Source: Takakia lepidozioides | Taxonomy: Eukaryota > Plantae > Bryophyta | Assembly (NCBI GenBank): GCA_030704615.1 | Contig: CM060732.1 | Span: forward strand, 63,178,001 to 63,242,000 | Reading direction: 5' to 3' | DNA: 64,000 bases | Part shown: positions 61,501 to 64,000 of the stretch, piece after piece | Layout: every line of letters begins with the position of its first letter | Position numbering within the stretch: position 1 is the stretch's first letter | Position numbers and translations under genes: made by a program | Notes under the pieces: model-generated | Told to the model about the DNA's origin: nothing | The model's database searches: none | What the model saw: the letters and a program-made list of their open reading frames with translations, nothing else

Positions 61501-62866
61501 CTGCTTCCATCTGTATCAGCTTCATTTTCATGGAACCAGCATCCACTGCATCATCCATCTAAGATGATATTGATATAAATCAGTTACCCTCTTCAATGAT
61601 GGAAATCCCAGTCATGGAAACACATCAAGTTGAGTCATTTAGAAGCAAGCCACCCCATCTCCAAATGCTTACAGACCCAATTCAGGTTGCAGAGAATCAC
61701 CTCCAGTTTCACACAGCAGTCCTGCGTTGTTGAACACGTGAGTGATTCTAATTCCCGGACCAGATCTTGGGCCCTTCTCTCTGCTTCAGCAACCCTGTCC
61801 TCTGCTAAAGCTGCACGATCCTCAGCTTCATCTGCAGCTTCCATGAAGACTTCTCGATCATTGTGGTAAAGTTCACACTCATTCTCCAGACGTGCACATT
61901 CTTGGTTCAGTGCCTTGCATTCTTCGGCCAGTTTCTGGTTATTGGCCACCTGACGCTTCAATGCTTGTGCATTTAAGCATGCTTCTTCCTGACATGCCAG
62001 TATCATTTGTATCCTCAATAGCATTCAATTGCCTCAAGACCTTCCCTTTCTCAATGAATGAATACAAATCTACTATTCACATATCTCCATCCCTCACTCA
62101 CATAAAGTCTCTGTGGCTTACATATAAGCACTTGGATCTCACACACACATGTTGCTGATTTTATTGACTTAATACCCATTCCTAAGGTGACAGTCCCTCT
62201 GGTAAATCTTTCCTGGAGATATTTTGTGTGTCAGTGTGTGAAAGAGAGCAGAACAATAGAACATTAATACATCCGCAGGTGGCAGAGAGGGTCTATGGGA
62301 CAGATTGAAACAAAAACATTAAAAAAGTCCTATCCCAAACATTGCATGAAGACGGAGAGAATGCACTCATAAGACATCTTTGCCGCAGCCTTGTGGCCAT
62401 AGTCCCAGGAGACACCATTGGAGAGAGAACTGGAGGAACGCTTGAGATTACTCTTACACCATTACACGGATGCCGCAGGCTCGTGATGAAAGCCATTATT
62501 CTGTGACAACCTCAGTACAGAATTGTCATTGACCTCTGACAGCATACAATCTAGCAGTTCTCTGACAAGGAGGAGACATAAAGTGCAGATAGGAGGTATC
62601 AAGACAACCTCGTGGGTGGGAGAAACAGAAAGAGCCAACAATCATACCCTGGATTTGGCATACTTGTAATCCAGTTCCTGAAGGCAGCGAAGAAGGTGTT
62701 GCACTTGGAGCTGCAGTTGTCGGTGAGATTCCTCTGCGTTTTGAATCCTTAATTCCAAATGCTTCTGAGAGGGACGACCTCCTAGCATATGGAAGATGGA
62801 GTCTTGTATGTATTCATCGAGCTCTGGCGGCAAAGGGAATTTAGCATCTTCTTCCATCTCCCCCAT
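58588..62866 (-). CDS. Conserved plant coiled-coil protein of unknown function; exons about 62866-62648, 61988-61701, 61558-61491, 61172-61055, 60430-60201, 59699-59594, 59297-59196, 59046-58966, 58731-58588
   Basis: LPPELDEYIQDSIFHMLG, LNAQALKRQVANNQKLAEEC..LENECELYHNDREVFM, NLEKAEDEVELLADEN and terminal RRPLTPLRTNSP resemble a land-plant family usually annotated 'early endosome antigen-like'. Splice phases are compatible; the penultimate exon is the least certain. Confidence 0.82.
62361..62409 (-). mobile_element. Short 3'-end fragment of the RTEX-like family in intron 1 of the coiled-coil gene
   Basis: CACTCATAAGACATCTTTGCCGCAGCCTTGTGGCCAT compared with TACTCATAAGACGTTGTTTGCCGTAGCCTTGTGGCCAT at 9881-9918. 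Confidence 0.8.
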
Positions 62867-64000
62867 TCCTTGCACTATGTTTCGCACCAGTCTTCAAATT
62901 GCGTGTCTTATGGCGTAAAGCTGTCAGCAGAGGTTGGAGGCAATCGTTCTGGCCAACTGTGTCTCTACTACTATTAATTCCTGTCGCGATCTCTGTACCT
63001 GGTGGATTTCTCCTCAAGCCCCTTATCTTTTAGAGTGAACTCACTTTGGAAAGCGATCTGCAGAATATAGGACTGCAAAACTAATGTTGACTGTTTGACT
63101 CCAGCATTCAGCAAAAGCAACATTCGAGTATTCTACAGGATACAAAGAAAGCTCAGGTATCATCTATATGGCCATCCACAGATGGTCATAGCGCGCTGGC
63201 ACAGACGTAACCAAGTCAAGTAAGTCACCTGGCTTTCGTGGAAGAAGAGTAAAAGCCTAGGATAGTCTATCTAGTGCATGTGGCGGAGAAAACTTGGAGC
63301 GACTTTGGTAGGAGTCTCAATCCCTTTGAAATAGGACCAAAACCGAAGAGAATATGCATTCTGCTACAAGGAGCGTGACTTCACAGAGATATAGATAGCA
63401 ATGAAGAGAACACAAGAGACAGAGAGACAAACTTCATAAAGACGAAGGAGACAAATCTTAATAACCATCTACCGGTAAGAAGGAGAGTCTCTGGGACATC
63501 ATCTTGAACTACTTCCACGCGACATCAAACTCGCAACTTCTGGACGGCAATTTCCTACGAAGAGAGAACGAAATGAAGTGAAATGGAGAAAATGTCGAAG
63601 TGGTGGGAAGAACAGAGATAAACTTATGAAGTAGGTGGAGATGGAAAGAAGATGGTCGAAGAGAGAGACAGAGACAACAGAGAGACCTTACGGGGAGCAG
63701 AGCAGAGTGACAAGCAGGACGGTCAAATGGAAAAAACTAAGACCTCATTTCAACACCAAAGTTACTTCTATGAATCTGCAAACACAGTATGCATGTCTGT
63801 ATCCCGGCGATGAACTCTCTGCAACTCACGAAAGCAAATCGATGAGCGAGCGGGAGGAAGGCGAGAACTCTGCCGCGGCAACCAGCAGACGGACACCATC
63901 ACCGAGAGCGGGGCCCTGTTTTCTGCCCGTTACGAACCCCTTCCCTCAAAATGTTTTTCCTCCTTCGGAAAACAAATAAAAATAAAAGTGAAAATACATT

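Noticed and set aside
63635-63979. 114-aa + strand ORF at the window end
   Set aside because: No recognisable domain and GA-rich low complexity; more likely the 5' UTR or promoter of the minus-strand coiled-coil gene.

Overview
Eukaryotic land-plant nuclear DNA with spliceosomal GT-AG introns. It probably comes from a non-seed plant (bryophyte or lycophyte grade); this is an inference from the very homogeneous PLS-DYW PPR genes, a half-tRNA-primed Copia element and RTEX-type LINEs. Host genes: DCP5/LSM14 (+, 8 exons), an NPF/PTR transporter (-), a GNA/bulb-type lectin (+) with a pseudogene copy, a stellacyanin-type phytocyanin (+), BolA2 (+), a conserved plant coiled-coil gene (-), one intact PLS-E-DYW RNA-editing PPR ORF (+, ending in DCW) and three PPR pseudogenes (-). 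Mobile DNA: a 3.9-kb RTEX-like non-LTR element with a 15-bp TSD inside a DCP5 intron, plus at least five 3'-end copies; a two-LTR Ty1/Copia element with a 5-bp TSD; nested hAT MITEs; a probable hAT transposase fossil; and an L1 fragment. The most unusual stretch is 43.8-54.3 kb. There, + strand exons join a truncated C2 domain and a Pro/Tyr-rich linker to the N-terminus of a tRNA pseudouridine synthase. Further downstream, a duplicated ~35-aa module of unknown family is in frame with the PPR-DYW ORF. Whether these form one chimeric transcript cannot be decided from sequence alone. All exon boundaries were read by eye and no database searches were run.
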